NCBI GenBank assembly: GCA_963758495.1
Contig: CAVWVI010000003.1
Location: forward strand, 896,001-960,000
Reading direction: 5' to 3'
Length of the DNA stretch: 64,000 nt
Source: Oligoflexia bacterium
Lineage (GTDB): Bacteria > Bdellovibrionota > UBA1018
The notes under the pieces were generated by a model. It did not search any database and had not been told where the DNA came from. It saw only the letters and a program-made list of their open reading frames with translations. Below, one piece after another: positions 43,210 through 52,846 of the stretch (positions are counted from its first letter, which is position 1; each line of letters opens with the position of its first letter). The position numbers were made by a program, and so were the translations under genes.

Positions 43210-44476
43210 GCAATGCCCCTAAAATTTCTTTTGCATGACTTAAATTAATTGTTTTCTCAACAAGCAACACTTGAGCGAGTTTATCTCGAACTTGGGCTAC
43301 TTCGTGAATTTCTGCTCCCGCCGCGATGGCGAGATTGGCCGCATGAAGTTGCATATGCCCCTTCACAATACCCACTGTCGCCAGAGCCTTTAAAGCTCCC
43401 AAGTTTTGGACAAGTCCAGCAGCTGCACAAATTCGAGCTAATTCTTCAGCTTTTGTGATTTGAAGAATCTTTAACGCCACCCGTGCTGTGGGATGGATTC
43501 GGGTCACTCCGCCCACGGTGCCCACTGCCAAAGGTATTTCAATTCGTCCTAATAAATCAGAGCCTTCCATATACCAAGTCGTGACTGGCTCGTATTTTCC
43601 ACTTCTCGCCGCATAAGCATGAATACCAGCTTCTACAGCACGCCAATCATTGCCCGTCGCAATCAGAATAGGATCAATTCCATTTAACACACCTTTATTA
43701 TGTGTTGCTGCACGATAGGAGTCTGCTTTAGCAAAAAGAGTAGCTTCTTGAATTCCCTTGCCCACTTTCTCGTCTATATTTCGAATAATGACTTCCGCCA
43801 CAACCAATTTAGTGTCGACTAAATTGGAAAGAATACAAAGTCCTACACGTTCTCCCGTAAGTTCTTCCATTCGAGGCTTCAGGGCTTCGCAAATCTGATT
43901 AATTAAATTCGCTCCCATCGCATCGCACGGGTCGCAGAGAACATGAATGACTAACATGGTCCCGTCTCCGGTTGGACGCTCTATTTCTCTCACCGCAAGA
44001 TCCCGAACCCCCCCCCCTCGGTTGACAAGTCCAGGAATACAAGCATTAGCCAATCCGAGTAATAATGAGCGATTATCATGGAGGACTTGGCGAGCGCTTT
44101 TAACATTTTTAACACTCGGAAACTGAACCTGCCCGATGATTAAATTCCCCTTTGAATAAGTCCGAATACTCCCTTCTCTACGAATCCATTTAGCAGTCGC
44201 ACTCGCCGCCGCAATAATAGAAGTCTCTTCGACGGCCATCGGAATCAATACATCCCTTCCATCAATCGTGAAATTAGTCGCCACCCCCAATGGAATAGGA
44301 AAATAACCGAGAACATTTTCAATCAGATGCTCCGCAACTTCAGTGGAAGGAGGGGTCTTACCCGAAAGAATATTCAGATCATCTTCTGAAAGATTGCAAA
44401 GCTGTTGGACTCGCTCCAATCGCTCTAGGCGAGAAAGACGGTGAAATCTCTCAGTTAAATATCGCTTCGTTTCCAT
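43178..44476 (-). CDS. mvaA: HMG-CoA reductase, class II
   Basis: IENVLG, PMAVEETS, DAMGAN, THNKG, GTVGG, GHMQLH. Confidence 0.95.
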   Translation of the reverse strand: METKRYLTERFHRLSRLERLERVQQLCNLSEDDLNILSGKTPPSTEVAEHLIENVLGYFPIPLGVATNFTIDGRDVLIPMAVEETSIIAAASATAKWIRREGSIRTYSKGNLIIGQVQFPSVKNVKSARQVLHDNRSLLLGLANACIPGLVNRGGGVRDLAVREIERPTGDGTMLVIHVLCDPCDAMGANLINQICEALKPRMEELTGERVGLCILSNLVDTKLVVAEVIIRNIDEKVGKGIQEATLFAKADSYRAATHNKGVLNGIDPILIATGNDWRAVEAGIHAYAARSGKYEPVTTWYMEGSDLLGRIEIPLAVGTVGGVTRIHPTARVALKILQITKAEELARICAAAGLVQNLGALKALATVGIVKGHMQLHAANLAIAAGAEIHEVAQVRDKLAQVLLVEKTINLSHAKEILGALRVTAQSSSFQ

Positions 44477-45510
44477 ACATTTTCCTTCCCACGCAAAACG
44501 CTGCAATCCGCTGAACCTGTGCAAAATAGCGCCACTTTCAATTCAAACTCTTGGGTTTGCATCCAAAACCTTAACTTCTCCGGCCCCGCTAAGGCCATCT
44601 CTAAAGCGGGCTTTGCATATCCTACGCGTTGTGCTCCTATAGCAATCAACTTGGCCGCATCCAGACCTGTCCTCACCCCTCCGGATGCCCAAAGTTCTGT
44701 TCCTGACATCACCGCTGCAGCCGAAATCACGGACTGAACCGTAGACTCTCCCCAATTTGCAAAAGTATGAGATGCAAGCCTTTGTAGAGACACAGAATCA
44801 GCACGTGCCCCTTCAATTCTCCCCCAATGAGTGCCTCCCAAACCACTGACATCAATAGCAGCTAAACCCACTCCAGCAAGACGCTCCAAAGTTGAACGAG
44901 AAAATCCACATCCTGTCTCCTTGAGCACCACAGGATATTCAAATTCCGCACAATATCTACGCAATGCATCTAATCCTCCTCGGAATTGGGGGGTTCCCTC
45001 GGGCTGCATGGCTTCTTGTAATGCGTTTGTGTGAACCACTAGAGCTTGCGCTCCCAAATCCTTAACTAATTTCCGGACTCTAGACATATCTGCGCTAATT
45101 AACTGGCTGATCCCCAGATTGGCAAAAAGCGTCAAATCAGGAACTTCATCCCGTAGATCTCTCCAATGATCGAGGGTCTCTCCATCTTGAGTCTCCAAAT
45201 CACGTCGTTGGGATCCAACCCCCATAGCCCATCCACGCTCCTGACAAGCGTGCGCCAAGATACGATTAATATGAGGTGCATTTTCATGACCAGCGGTCAT
45301 GCCCGCGACATAAAAGGGTGTTTGTAAAGACTTTCCCAAGCAAAGAGCATCGAGTTGAATTTCTTGAAAATCAAGTTCTGGAAGCGCCTCATGAATCAAA
45401 TGAAACTTTTCCAGTCCACTTAACCCCTGAGCTTGGTGATCCAAGCTCAACGAGTATTGGATATGCTCTCGTTTACGAGACTCAAACTGGTTGGTGTTCA
45501 TAAGCGGCAC
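44455..45510 (-). CDS. fni: Type 2 isopentenyl-diphosphate isomerase
   Basis: RKREHI, GMTAG, VGSQR, KETGCG, GGTHW, ASGGVRTG. Confidence 0.95.
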   Translation of the reverse strand: MPLMNTNQFESRKREHIQYSLSLDHQAQGLSGLEKFHLIHEALPELDFQEIQLDALCLGKSLQTPFYVAGMTAGHENAPHINRILAHACQERGWAMGVGSQRRDLETQDGETLDHWRDLRDEVPDLTLFANLGISQLISADMSRVRKLVKDLGAQALVVHTNALQEAMQPEGTPQFRGGLDALRRYCAEFEYPVVLKETGCGFSRSTLERLAGVGLAAIDVSGLGGTHWGRIEGARADSVSLQRLASHTFANWGESTVQSVISAAAVMSGTELWASGGVRTGLDAAKLIAIGAQRVGYAKPALEMALAGPEKLRFWMQTQEFELKVALFCTGSADCSVLRGKENVWKRSDI

Positions 45511-45650
45511 ACTCTACCTTATTTTTCGCTTGGATGCGACGGCATTTCTACCTAAGCGAGGGGGCGACAACCATGAAATAGGACCCTATTCAACGCTTTA
45601 CTTTGATAATCACTTTGTCAGAGGCTCCTCATAACTGCTAGATTGACAGA

Positions 45651-46763
45651 ATGCGGGTTCGGAAAAGGCAGCTTAGGCCTCTTTTGCTTATTATTACGGG
45701 GGTCATTATTGTAACAAAAGTCGTAGCATTATCCCCTTCCACGCTCGAAGAAAGCAAGTCGGCAGCCTCTCCTATAGATCCTGAGACACTCGTCCTCGAT
45801 CATGAGCCTACTCTGATTCCTGGATTGCCGCAAAATAGAATTGCAGAGTACAGTATTCAGAAGTTCACTTATGTCTCTGTTCAAAATGGAGAAAAACAAT
45901 GGAGAATTGAAGCTGCAAGTGCCTTTCTCTATAATCCTGAACGATTGGTTCATGCTCGAGGGGTAAAAGCTTATCTCTATGATCCTGAAGGCAAGATCAC
46001 CGTGGTTACAGGTCTTGAAGCCAAGTATTTTTTAAATCAAAAAGACTTAGAAGTTTTCGGTAATGTGAAAACGGTATTTCCGGATGGTTTTGAGCTTTAT
46101 AGTGAATACCTTCAATACAAGCCTAAAGAGAGCCGTATCTTTATTCCCAAACAATATTTAGCACATGGAGTGGGCCAAGAAAACATAGGTCAAAGCTTTC
46201 AATTTAATAGTCATGGCTTGGATTATTATATGGGCCAATCTCAAATCACACTCCAAGAAGACGTCACTGTTAAATTAGCCCGTAATTCGCCTCAGACTCC
46301 TGAGTCGACTGAGACCCCTAAAAATGAAAAAGCACCCGGGGTTCCTGATGTAACCACCATTGAATCCGACCACTGTCTGATCAACCGCAAAAATAATTTA
46401 GCAAAGTTCACAATGAATCCAAACCGCCCTCTAAAAACACGCTTTGTCCACATTACCCAACCCTCTCTTTTCGTAAAGGCACGGCGCGCTGATTTGAATT
46501 ATGGAAACTTTAGTCAGGTGCTTCAGTATCTCACTGCCTATGATGATGTCTTAGTCAAAGAGAAAGGATCCGAAACATCTCTCCGCTATGCTACTGGAGG
46601 AAGAGCAGATTTCGATACTCATAGGGACGTCATTGTCATTAGTCAATTTCCTCAGGTTTACCAAGGCGAAGACACGGTCACTGGAGACCTTATTTTAATG
46701 CATAGAGATACAGATGTAATTGAAATTGAACATAGCAATGCATTTAGTGAAGGAAGCGAATAA
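45651..46763 (+). CDS. lptC: Long LptC-family LPS export protein, apparently with a C-terminal LptA-like jellyroll
   Basis: N-terminal TM, KQWRIEA, LEVFGNV, C-terminal PQVYQGEDTVTGDLI; immediately before lptB. Confidence 0.75.
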   Translation: MRVRKRQLRPLLLIITGVIIVTKVVALSPSTLEESKSAASPIDPETLVLDHEPTLIPGLPQNRIAEYSIQKFTYVSVQNGEKQWRIEAASAFLYNPERLVHARGVKAYLYDPEGKITVVTGLEAKYFLNQKDLEVFGNVKTVFPDGFELYSEYLQYKPKESRIFIPKQYLAHGVGQENIGQSFQFNSHGLDYYMGQSQITLQEDVTVKLARNSPQTPESTETPKNEKAPGVPDVTTIESDHCLINRKNNLAKFTMNPNRPLKTRFVHITQPSLFVKARRADLNYGNFSQVLQYLTAYDDVLVKEKGSETSLRYATGGRADFDTHRDVIVISQFPQVYQGEDTVTGDLILMHRDTDVIEIEHSNAFSEGSE

Positions 46764-47497
46764 TGGAAAGATCAATTCATACTCTCCAGGCAGTTAATAT
46801 AGCGAAAAGCTACAAAGGAAGGCGAGTAGTCAAAGAGGTTACTTTTGAAGTGGAAGCTGGACAAATCGTCGGACTCTTAGGCCCCAATGGAGCGGGCAAG
46901 ACGACATCATTTTACATGGTTGTTGGCTTAGTGCGTCCAGAAGCGGGGAAAATTCTCTTTAATAATTCAGAAATCACGAACTGGCCAATGCACAGACGAG
47001 CACAAAAAGGCATTGCTTATCTTCCTCAAGAAGCATCCGTTTTTCGACGAATGACAGTCGAGGACAATATTTTGAGTGTCTTAGAAATGCTGCCACTATC
47101 CCATATTGAGCGACGAGAGCGGCTTCAACTCCTTTTAGATGAATTTAATATTAACTCAATCGCAAGGCAAAAAGCATACACCCTTTCTGGAGGGGAGCGT
47201 CGAAGAGTTGAAGTAGCTCGTGCATTAGCAATTAATCCGGTATTCCTTTTGCTAGATGAGCCGTTTGCAGGTATTGATCCTATTGCCGTAGCGGACATAC
47301 AAAAAATGATTCAAGTTTTAAAAAAGCGAGGTATAGGCATTTTAATTACAGATCATAACGTCCGAGAAACATTAGAAATTTGTGATTTGGGTTATTTGTT
47401 AAGTGATGGTAAAATAGTAGAGAAGGGAACTCCTCAAGAGATTACCCAAAGTCGCACTGCACGGGAAATCTATTTAGGAGAAAATTTCCAATTTTGA
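46763..47497 (+). CDS. lptB: LPS export ABC ATPase
   Basis: GPNGAGKTT, YLPQEASVF, LSGGERRR, DEPFAG, ITDHNVRE. Confidence 0.97.
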   Translation: MERSIHTLQAVNIAKSYKGRRVVKEVTFEVEAGQIVGLLGPNGAGKTTSFYMVVGLVRPEAGKILFNNSEITNWPMHRRAQKGIAYLPQEASVFRRMTVEDNILSVLEMLPLSHIERRERLQLLLDEFNINSIARQKAYTLSGGERRRVEVARALAINPVFLLLDEPFAGIDPIAVADIQKMIQVLKKRGIGILITDHNVRETLEICDLGYLLSDGKIVEKGTPQEITQSRTAREIYLGENFQF

Positions 47498-47537
47498 CCC
47501 TAACTTGGCAGAAGGTAAAAAGGTAAAAGATCACATC

Positions 47538-49025
47538 ATGGCATTAGAGATTAAACAAAGCCTGAAACTGAGCCAACAACTCGTAATGACTCCACAGCTT
47601 CAACAAGCAATCAAATTGCTGCAGCTGAATCGAATGGAGCTTCAAGAAGTAGTGACTCAAGAAATGATGGAAAATCCGATTCTGGAGGAGTTAGCAGAAA
47701 CTCCAGAAGGTGAACAAGCTTCACTTGCGGCATCTTCCGAAACACAACAAGATCCAGAAGCAGAACAACTTCGAGACGAAGAGTCGTTTATCAAAGCCAA
47801 ACCCCAAGAAGAGCAGCTCGTAGCTGGCAAAGATGATTTTAATTGGGAATCCTACGTAGAAGAATTTAATTCCTCTTCAAGCTCCACCCCTTCGATGCGT
47901 GAGATTAATGAAGAACTCCCCAGCTTTGAAAATGTCCTCACTAAAACGACTTCATTAGAAGACCATCTTGCCTGGCAGCTTTCAATGATTTCCATCACCC
48001 AAGAAGAGAAAAAACTGGGTGAACTCATCATTGGAAACTTATCCGATGATGGTTATCTCAATGCAAATTTAGAAGAGCTTTCCAAAGAAGCCGGTCTTGA
48101 ACTTGAAGATGCTGAAGAAGTCTTAAAAATCGTGCAGAATTTTGACCCCCTTGGGGTAGGATCCCGCAATTTGCAAGAGTGTCTCTCCATTCAAGCTCGA
48201 TTCATGGTCCCTAGACATCCTCTTGTCGAAACCATTATCGAACATCACTTAGGTGATTTAGAACGAAAAAACTATGGAGCCATCGCCAAGGCTCTCATGA
48301 TTACTCTCGATAAGGTCATTGAAGCAACTAAGCTTATTTTGGAGTTTGAACCTAAACCCGGAAGATCGTTTCACAGCAGTGATACTCAGTATATTACACC
48401 GGATATTTATGTTTACAAAGTGGCTGACGAATTCATGATTGTTCTCAACGAGGACGGCATGCCCAAGCTTCGAATTTCGCCTTATTATAAAAATATATTA
48501 GCTTCAGCCCAAAGAGATCAAAATAAAGTAACGAAAGAATACGTTCAAGATAAACTCAGATCTGCAGTCTGGCTGATCCGCTCGATCCACAATCGACAGA
48601 AGACCATTTACAAAGTAACTGAAGCCATTGTGAGACGTCAGCGAGAATTTTTTGAAAAGGGCGTCCAGCAACTCAAGCCCATGATTCTCAAAGATGTCGC
48701 AAACGATATCGGTATGCATGAATCCACGATTTCACGCGTAACCACGAATAAATTCGTACACACTCCCGTAGGAATCTTTGAGTTGAAGTACTTTTTCAAT
48801 TCGAGCATCAGCGCTGCAGACGGAAGTGATTCTCTGGCAAGTGAAGCAGTGAAGGAAAAGATTCGACAGATGATTCAACGAGAAGATCAAAAAAATCCTC
48901 TTTCGGATCAAAAAATTGTCGAACTTTTGAGAATTGAAAATATTGAGATTGCTCGCCGCACCGTTGCAAAATATCGAGATATGCTTGGAATCTTATCATC
49001 AGGGAAGCGAAAGAAGATTATTTAA
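47538..49025 (+). CDS. rpoN: RNA polymerase sigma-54 factor
   Basis: MTPQLQQAIKLLQL, HESTISR, RpoN box ARRTVAKYR. Confidence 0.98.
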   Translation: MALEIKQSLKLSQQLVMTPQLQQAIKLLQLNRMELQEVVTQEMMENPILEELAETPEGEQASLAASSETQQDPEAEQLRDEESFIKAKPQEEQLVAGKDDFNWESYVEEFNSSSSSTPSMREINEELPSFENVLTKTTSLEDHLAWQLSMISITQEEKKLGELIIGNLSDDGYLNANLEELSKEAGLELEDAEEVLKIVQNFDPLGVGSRNLQECLSIQARFMVPRHPLVETIIEHHLGDLERKNYGAIAKALMITLDKVIEATKLILEFEPKPGRSFHSSDTQYITPDIYVYKVADEFMIVLNEDGMPKLRISPYYKNILASAQRDQNKVTKEYVQDKLRSAVWLIRSIHNRQKTIYKVTEAIVRRQREFFEKGVQQLKPMILKDVANDIGMHESTISRVTTNKFVHTPVGIFELKYFFNSSISAADGSDSLASEAVKEKIRQMIQREDQKNPLSDQKIVELLRIENIEIARRTVAKYRDMLGILSSGKRKKII

Positions 49026-49102
49026 AAGAGTTAACAGGGGTAAACAATGAGCAAGTGCAGTGCGACTTACTGGACTTGCTCCTACTAGAGGGGGAGAGCC
49101 GT

Positions 49103-49429
49103 ATGAATCTTAACATCAGCTTTAAACATATGGAAACCAGTGAGAACTTAAAAGAGTTTATTGAAGAAAAATCCACTACTCTCCAAAAGTATTTCGACGG
49201 CAAGATCTCCGTCACCTGGAACCTTTCCGCTGAAAAGCTATCCCGCATTGCTCACTGCCATCTTCTTGGCAACAATATGAACTACTTCGGCGAAGCTAGC
49301 ACTGAAGATTTCAAAGCTTCGATTGATTTAGCGCTCGAAAAAATCGAAAAACAGGTCCGTAAACATAAAGAAATTCTAAAAGATCATCATAAATCCGCAC
49401 ACCGGATTAATGGGGCCGTAGAAGAGTAG
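49103..49429 (+). CDS. hpf: Ribosome hibernation promoting factor (HPF/RaiA)
   Basis: MNLNISFKHME, ASIDLALEKIEKQVRKHKE; follows rpoN. Confidence 0.9.
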   Translation: MNLNISFKHMETSENLKEFIEEKSTTLQKYFDGKISVTWNLSAEKLSRIAHCHLLGNNMNYFGEASTEDFKASIDLALEKIEKQVRKHKEILKDHHKSAHRINGAVEE

Positions 49430-49519
49430 AACTGTAAGGGGTCCTGTTGCGCCGGGAATCCAAATCTTTACGGCGCAATAAGACCCCTTGCAGTTCTTGT
49501 CCACCACCCTAAAGGAACT
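49428..49519 (-). repeat. Dispersed repeat copy 5 (long, with hairpin)
   Basis: Minus strand AGTTCCTTTAGGGTGGTGGACAAGAACTGCAAGGGGTC...GCGCCGTAAAGATTTGGATTCCCGGCGCAACAGG...CCTTACAGTTCT. Confidence 0.85.
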
Positions 49520-49612
49520 GAAAATCGATAGAACATTTTTACAAATTAATGCCAACCCAAATGGCACCTTCTAAGCTTTGCAAAACGATGGGATGAAGCC
49601 TTTCACTTGATC

Positions 49613-50440
49613 TCAAGCTGCCAAGAACTTCCCATTTCGAATTTCCTCGAAAAACTGTGGGTCATCCTCTTCCTGGCGCTTGGAAAGCAGTTCTTGCGCG
49701 TCCTTACCAGCGACGTATCGCAACTGATCAGTCCCATCGGTCGCGGCTTGATAGATCACTTGAGCGACATCCATCGGATCGGAGCCATGAGCACCCAGAA
49801 AAGGGGAGTTATAAAACCCGGCCATTTTCTGATACAGATTCTGGTATTCGACAATGTTCTTGTCATTTATCCAAACAAACTTGAAATCAGTCTTGATAAC
49901 TCCAGGTTCGACAAGCTTAACTTTGACGCCAAATGGCGCCACCTCGTAACTCAAAGCTTCGGAGAGCCCTTCTACCGCGAACTTGCTGCCATGATAGGGT
50001 GCCCCCATTGGAAAGCAGACCCTCCCCGCGACAGAGGAAATATTAATAATGATTCCGTCACGATTTGCACGAAAGATGGGTAAAAAAGCTTTTATGGTCG
50101 CTAACAGGCCAAAAACATTCGTATCGAACTGTTCTTTAATTTTTTCAAGCGGTGTCGCCTCGATTGGGCCGAAAACTCCGAACCCGGCATTATTCAAAAG
50201 TACGTCAACTTTTCCAAAGCGATCGTTTGCTTCTTTTACGGCTGCCTGGATCGATTCCGGGTCGGTGACGTCAAGTCGTGTAACCAGCACACGATCGAGA
50301 TTATTGAGATTGTTGAGTTCAGTCTCCTTTTCCGGACGGCGCATGGTCGCTACGACGTTCCACCCTTTTTCGTGAAACAATTTGGCTGTCGCTTTTCCAA
50401 TGCCACTCGATGAACCTGTTATGAAAATAGTTTTACTCAT
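49613..50440 (-). CDS. Short-chain dehydrogenase/reductase
   Basis: TGSSSGIG, NNAG, YHGSK. Confidence 0.95.
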   Translation of the reverse strand: MSKTIFITGSSSGIGKATAKLFHEKGWNVVATMRRPEKETELNNLNNLDRVLVTRLDVTDPESIQAAVKEANDRFGKVDVLLNNAGFGVFGPIEATPLEKIKEQFDTNVFGLLATIKAFLPIFRANRDGIIINISSVAGRVCFPMGAPYHGSKFAVEGLSEALSYEVAPFGVKVKLVEPGVIKTDFKFVWINDKNIVEYQNLYQKMAGFYNSPFLGAHGSDPMDVAQVIYQAATDGTDQLRYVAGKDAQELLSKRQEEDDPQFFEEIRNGKFLAA

Positions 50441-50578
50441 GCCACAAAATAATTGCAGGATTCACTCCAAATTTATTGCCAATTTGGGGTCTGGCGCCTT
50501 CTTTCGCCAGGCGCTCGCCGAACTCGCACATGGCGGGACGATAGGCGAAGGTAGGATAATCAATAAAATACTCTATCT

Positions 50579-50839
50579 CTATCTCTCTCTCAGAAAATAC
50601 TTTGCAATGAGCTGAGCTATTCCTTCAGCGTCTTTAGAAAAACCTTCAAGGGAAATAGAATGAGATCTTCTGGAAAAAGGAAAAATTGAGCATCGCCACA
50701 AATTTGGCTTAGGATCTTTGAAGGTCAAGACCAAAACAAGTTTCGATTTATGGTTATTTATTCTCATATTTTTGACGGTTGAGAAAAAAATTGGATAGTT
50801 CCAACCTGTGTGAGTAAGACCTCCCACAGTCAAATCCAT
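50579..50839 (-). CDS. Hypothetical protein or detached tail of the upstream peptidase remnant
   Basis: ORF abuts the upstream stop (TAATG overlap). Confidence 0.35.
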   Translation of the reverse strand: MDLTVGGLTHTGWNYPIFFSTVKNMRINNHKSKLVLVLTFKDPKPNLWRCSIFPFSRRSHSISLEGFSKDAEGIAQLIAKYFLRER

Positions 50840-51390
50840 TACACATTTAAAGTGACGTATGCTTCTTGTAATTCAGCATCGCTTTCTTGGGCGATTTCGG
50901 AGAAGAGCGCACCTTGTTTGGATAGCCAGCTTTGAAAAGCGGTAGAAGTATGTTCGCAGTCGATCATTTTTTTAGCGTCATCTGCAGTGATGTTCTCACA
51001 CAAGTTCTGAAGTCTAACGGTTAACGGAGGATGGGAATCCAATGGGTGACTGGTGCTAGTTTCAAAAATGCTTTCGCGAACTTTATCATCAGAAAGAAGA
51101 CTCTTGCCTACAACATCAAGAGATTCTAACCTTTCTTCTGAATTCATTTGAGCATACTGAGAAATGGAATGCTGATATGCCATGCTTAAAATATGTGTTT
51201 TAACAAGAGCGCGAGCCGCAACACGACTTGATACTAGCTGAGCTCCCTTTTTATCGGCAAGAAGCTCACGGTCACGACTAGCGAGCATTTCAGTTTCAAC
51301 AAAGCTTAATATGAAAAATTGCAGAAAGTGTAAACCAGATCTAGCAGCAAAACCAGAATGACTAAGAACAGAGATTATATCAATAGTCCT
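50839..51390 (-). pseudogene. C-terminal remnant of an M48 (HtpX-like) metallopeptidase
   Basis: SRDRELLAD and SHPPLTVRL motifs present; frame closed upstream near 51390 so HExxH is missing. Confidence 0.7.
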
Positions 51391-51594
51391 GACTCAGAAG
51401 GAGGGGCAGGATCGGGGGTTTTATAACTCACTGCAATAACGGCATAAATAAATAATAACAAATGGTTAGACGACCAGTGAGCGATACAGAGCGACACTGA
51501 AAGATACCCTTGTATCCTCCGACGTCCCGAAAACATCCCCCATTTAACAATTCAGTGGATGACTGATACAGGACCTAACTATATTGCCTAAAAG

Positions 51595-51629
51595 ATACCT
51601 AGACAGGGTATACCTCTATAAGGTATAAA
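51595..51629 (+). promoter_or_regulatory. higBA promoter with two tandem palindromic operators
   Basis: ATACC-N7-GGTAT at 51595-51611 and 51610-51626 overlapping TAGACA / TATAAA. Confidence 0.75.
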
Positions 51630-51634
51630 GAGTT

Positions 51635-51925
51635 ATGGCCATTCAGTCCTTTTCCAACTCTGACACTCAGACGTTTTTCGAAACCGATAAGGTCACTAAG
51701 AAAGCAGGTTGGCAGGGCATTGCTAAAGTAGCTAAGAGAAAACTAGATATGGTCCACTATGCGGGCTGCCTGGAGGACTTAAAATCTCCACCTGGAAACC
51801 GACTAGAAGCCTTATCTGGAAACTATGCTAGCTACCATAGCATTCGGATCAATGACCAGTGGCGGATTGTATTTCGATGGACAATGTCAGGCCCAACAGA
51901 GGTTGAGATCACTGACTACCATTGA
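51635..51925 (+). CDS. higB: HigB-type (RelE/ParE family) toxin
   Basis: [31 protein letters not shown]. Confidence 0.95.
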   Translation: MAIQSFSNSDTQTFFETDKVTKKAGWQGIAKVAKRKLDMVHYAGCLEDLKSPPGNRLEALSGNYASYHSIRINDQWRIVFRWTMSGPTEVEITDYH

Positions 51926-51937
51926 GGGAGGATTATT

Positions 51938-52237
51938 ATGATGATTGAAATGAAGAGAAAACCCACCAGCCCCGGAGAGATTCTTTCTGAAGAATTTTTA
52001 AAGCCCATGGGACTAACTCAAAAGCAGTTTGCCGACCACCTCGGCTGCGATGTCAAAGTCATTAACCGCATCGTTAATGAAAAGACCTCCGTTACTGCAG
52101 AGATGGCGATTAAAATCGGTGCCGCTCTAAATACCTCTCCTGACTTTTGGATCAATGCGCAGAGGGCAATCGATCTGTTTGATGCCAGCAAGAAGGTAAA
52201 GAAGCTCCCTAAATCGCTCTTTAAAAAGGCGAGCTAA
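51938..52237 (+). CDS. higA: HigA antitoxin (HTH)
   Basis: PGEILSEEFLKP, TAEMAIK, FWINAQ. Confidence 0.95.
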   Translation: MMIEMKRKPTSPGEILSEEFLKPMGLTQKQFADHLGCDVKVINRIVNEKTSVTAEMAIKIGAALNTSPDFWINAQRAIDLFDASKKVKKLPKSLFKKAS

Positions 52238-52349
52238 GTGTCCACGATCAACCTTATTTCCATGCGAGCCGTGAAGGCTCAAAACCGCTTTCGAACACTA
52301 ACCAACGGGATCAACCGCCAAGGTTATTTCTGTTGCTCAATTTCAGTAC

Positions 52350-52772
52350 TTAGGCCGTCTTCTTGAGCGCTTCCTTCGTCTCACCGACTTCAATGAGATA
52401 CCCATCCGGGTCCTTCATATAGCAGCGGTATTCAAATTCGTGACTCTTGGGTTCTGTAAGGAACTCAGCGCCCTTGCTTTTCCACTCTTGGTAGTAATGC
52501 TGAATGTTTGAAACGCGAAGATTCAAAAAGCTACTGACCTCGCGAGTGCCTGAGGGTGGATGTAGAATGGTGTTCGGCTTATCGTCGGTCGGTCCCCCAC
52601 CCACGTTTAGGACGATGTAAGTATTAGCAAGACGAACGTAGGTCGGTTCCCCTTCGAGCACGACTTCTCCGCCCAAGATATCCCGATAGAATTGGGTGGA
52701 TCGGTTGATGTCGGAGACGGTTATGAAATGAGTAGCGATAAATCCAGTTTTAGGAGCAGGTAGATCAGCCAT
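52350..52772 (-). CDS. VOC/glyoxalase family protein
   Basis: VSDINRSTQFY, DPDGYLIE. Confidence 0.9.
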   Translation of the reverse strand: MADLPAPKTGFIATHFITVSDINRSTQFYRDILGGEVVLEGEPTYVRLANTYIVLNVGGGPTDDKPNTILHPPSGTREVSSFLNLRVSNIQHYYQEWKSKGAEFLTEPKSHEFEYRCYMKDPDGYLIEVGETKEALKKTA

Positions 52773-52846
52773 GTTGATTTTGATCTGCAAGGTTCAATCC
52801 CAATTCTAAATAGGCCGTTACAAATCTATCAAGCCGCGGGGTTTCT

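Noticed and set aside
23986..49519. CRISPR array interpretation of the repeats
   Set aside because: Copies are kilobases apart, not regularly spaced, and no cas genes are present.
49607..50375. Long antisense ORFs opposite the SDR gene
   Set aside because: Open antisense frames are a well-known by-product of SDR codon patterns; no RBS or recognisable motif.
51396..51415. Degenerate tRNA 3' end / att site (AGAAGGAGGGGCAGGAT)
   Set aside because: Too short and divergent; no T-arm and no integrase nearby.
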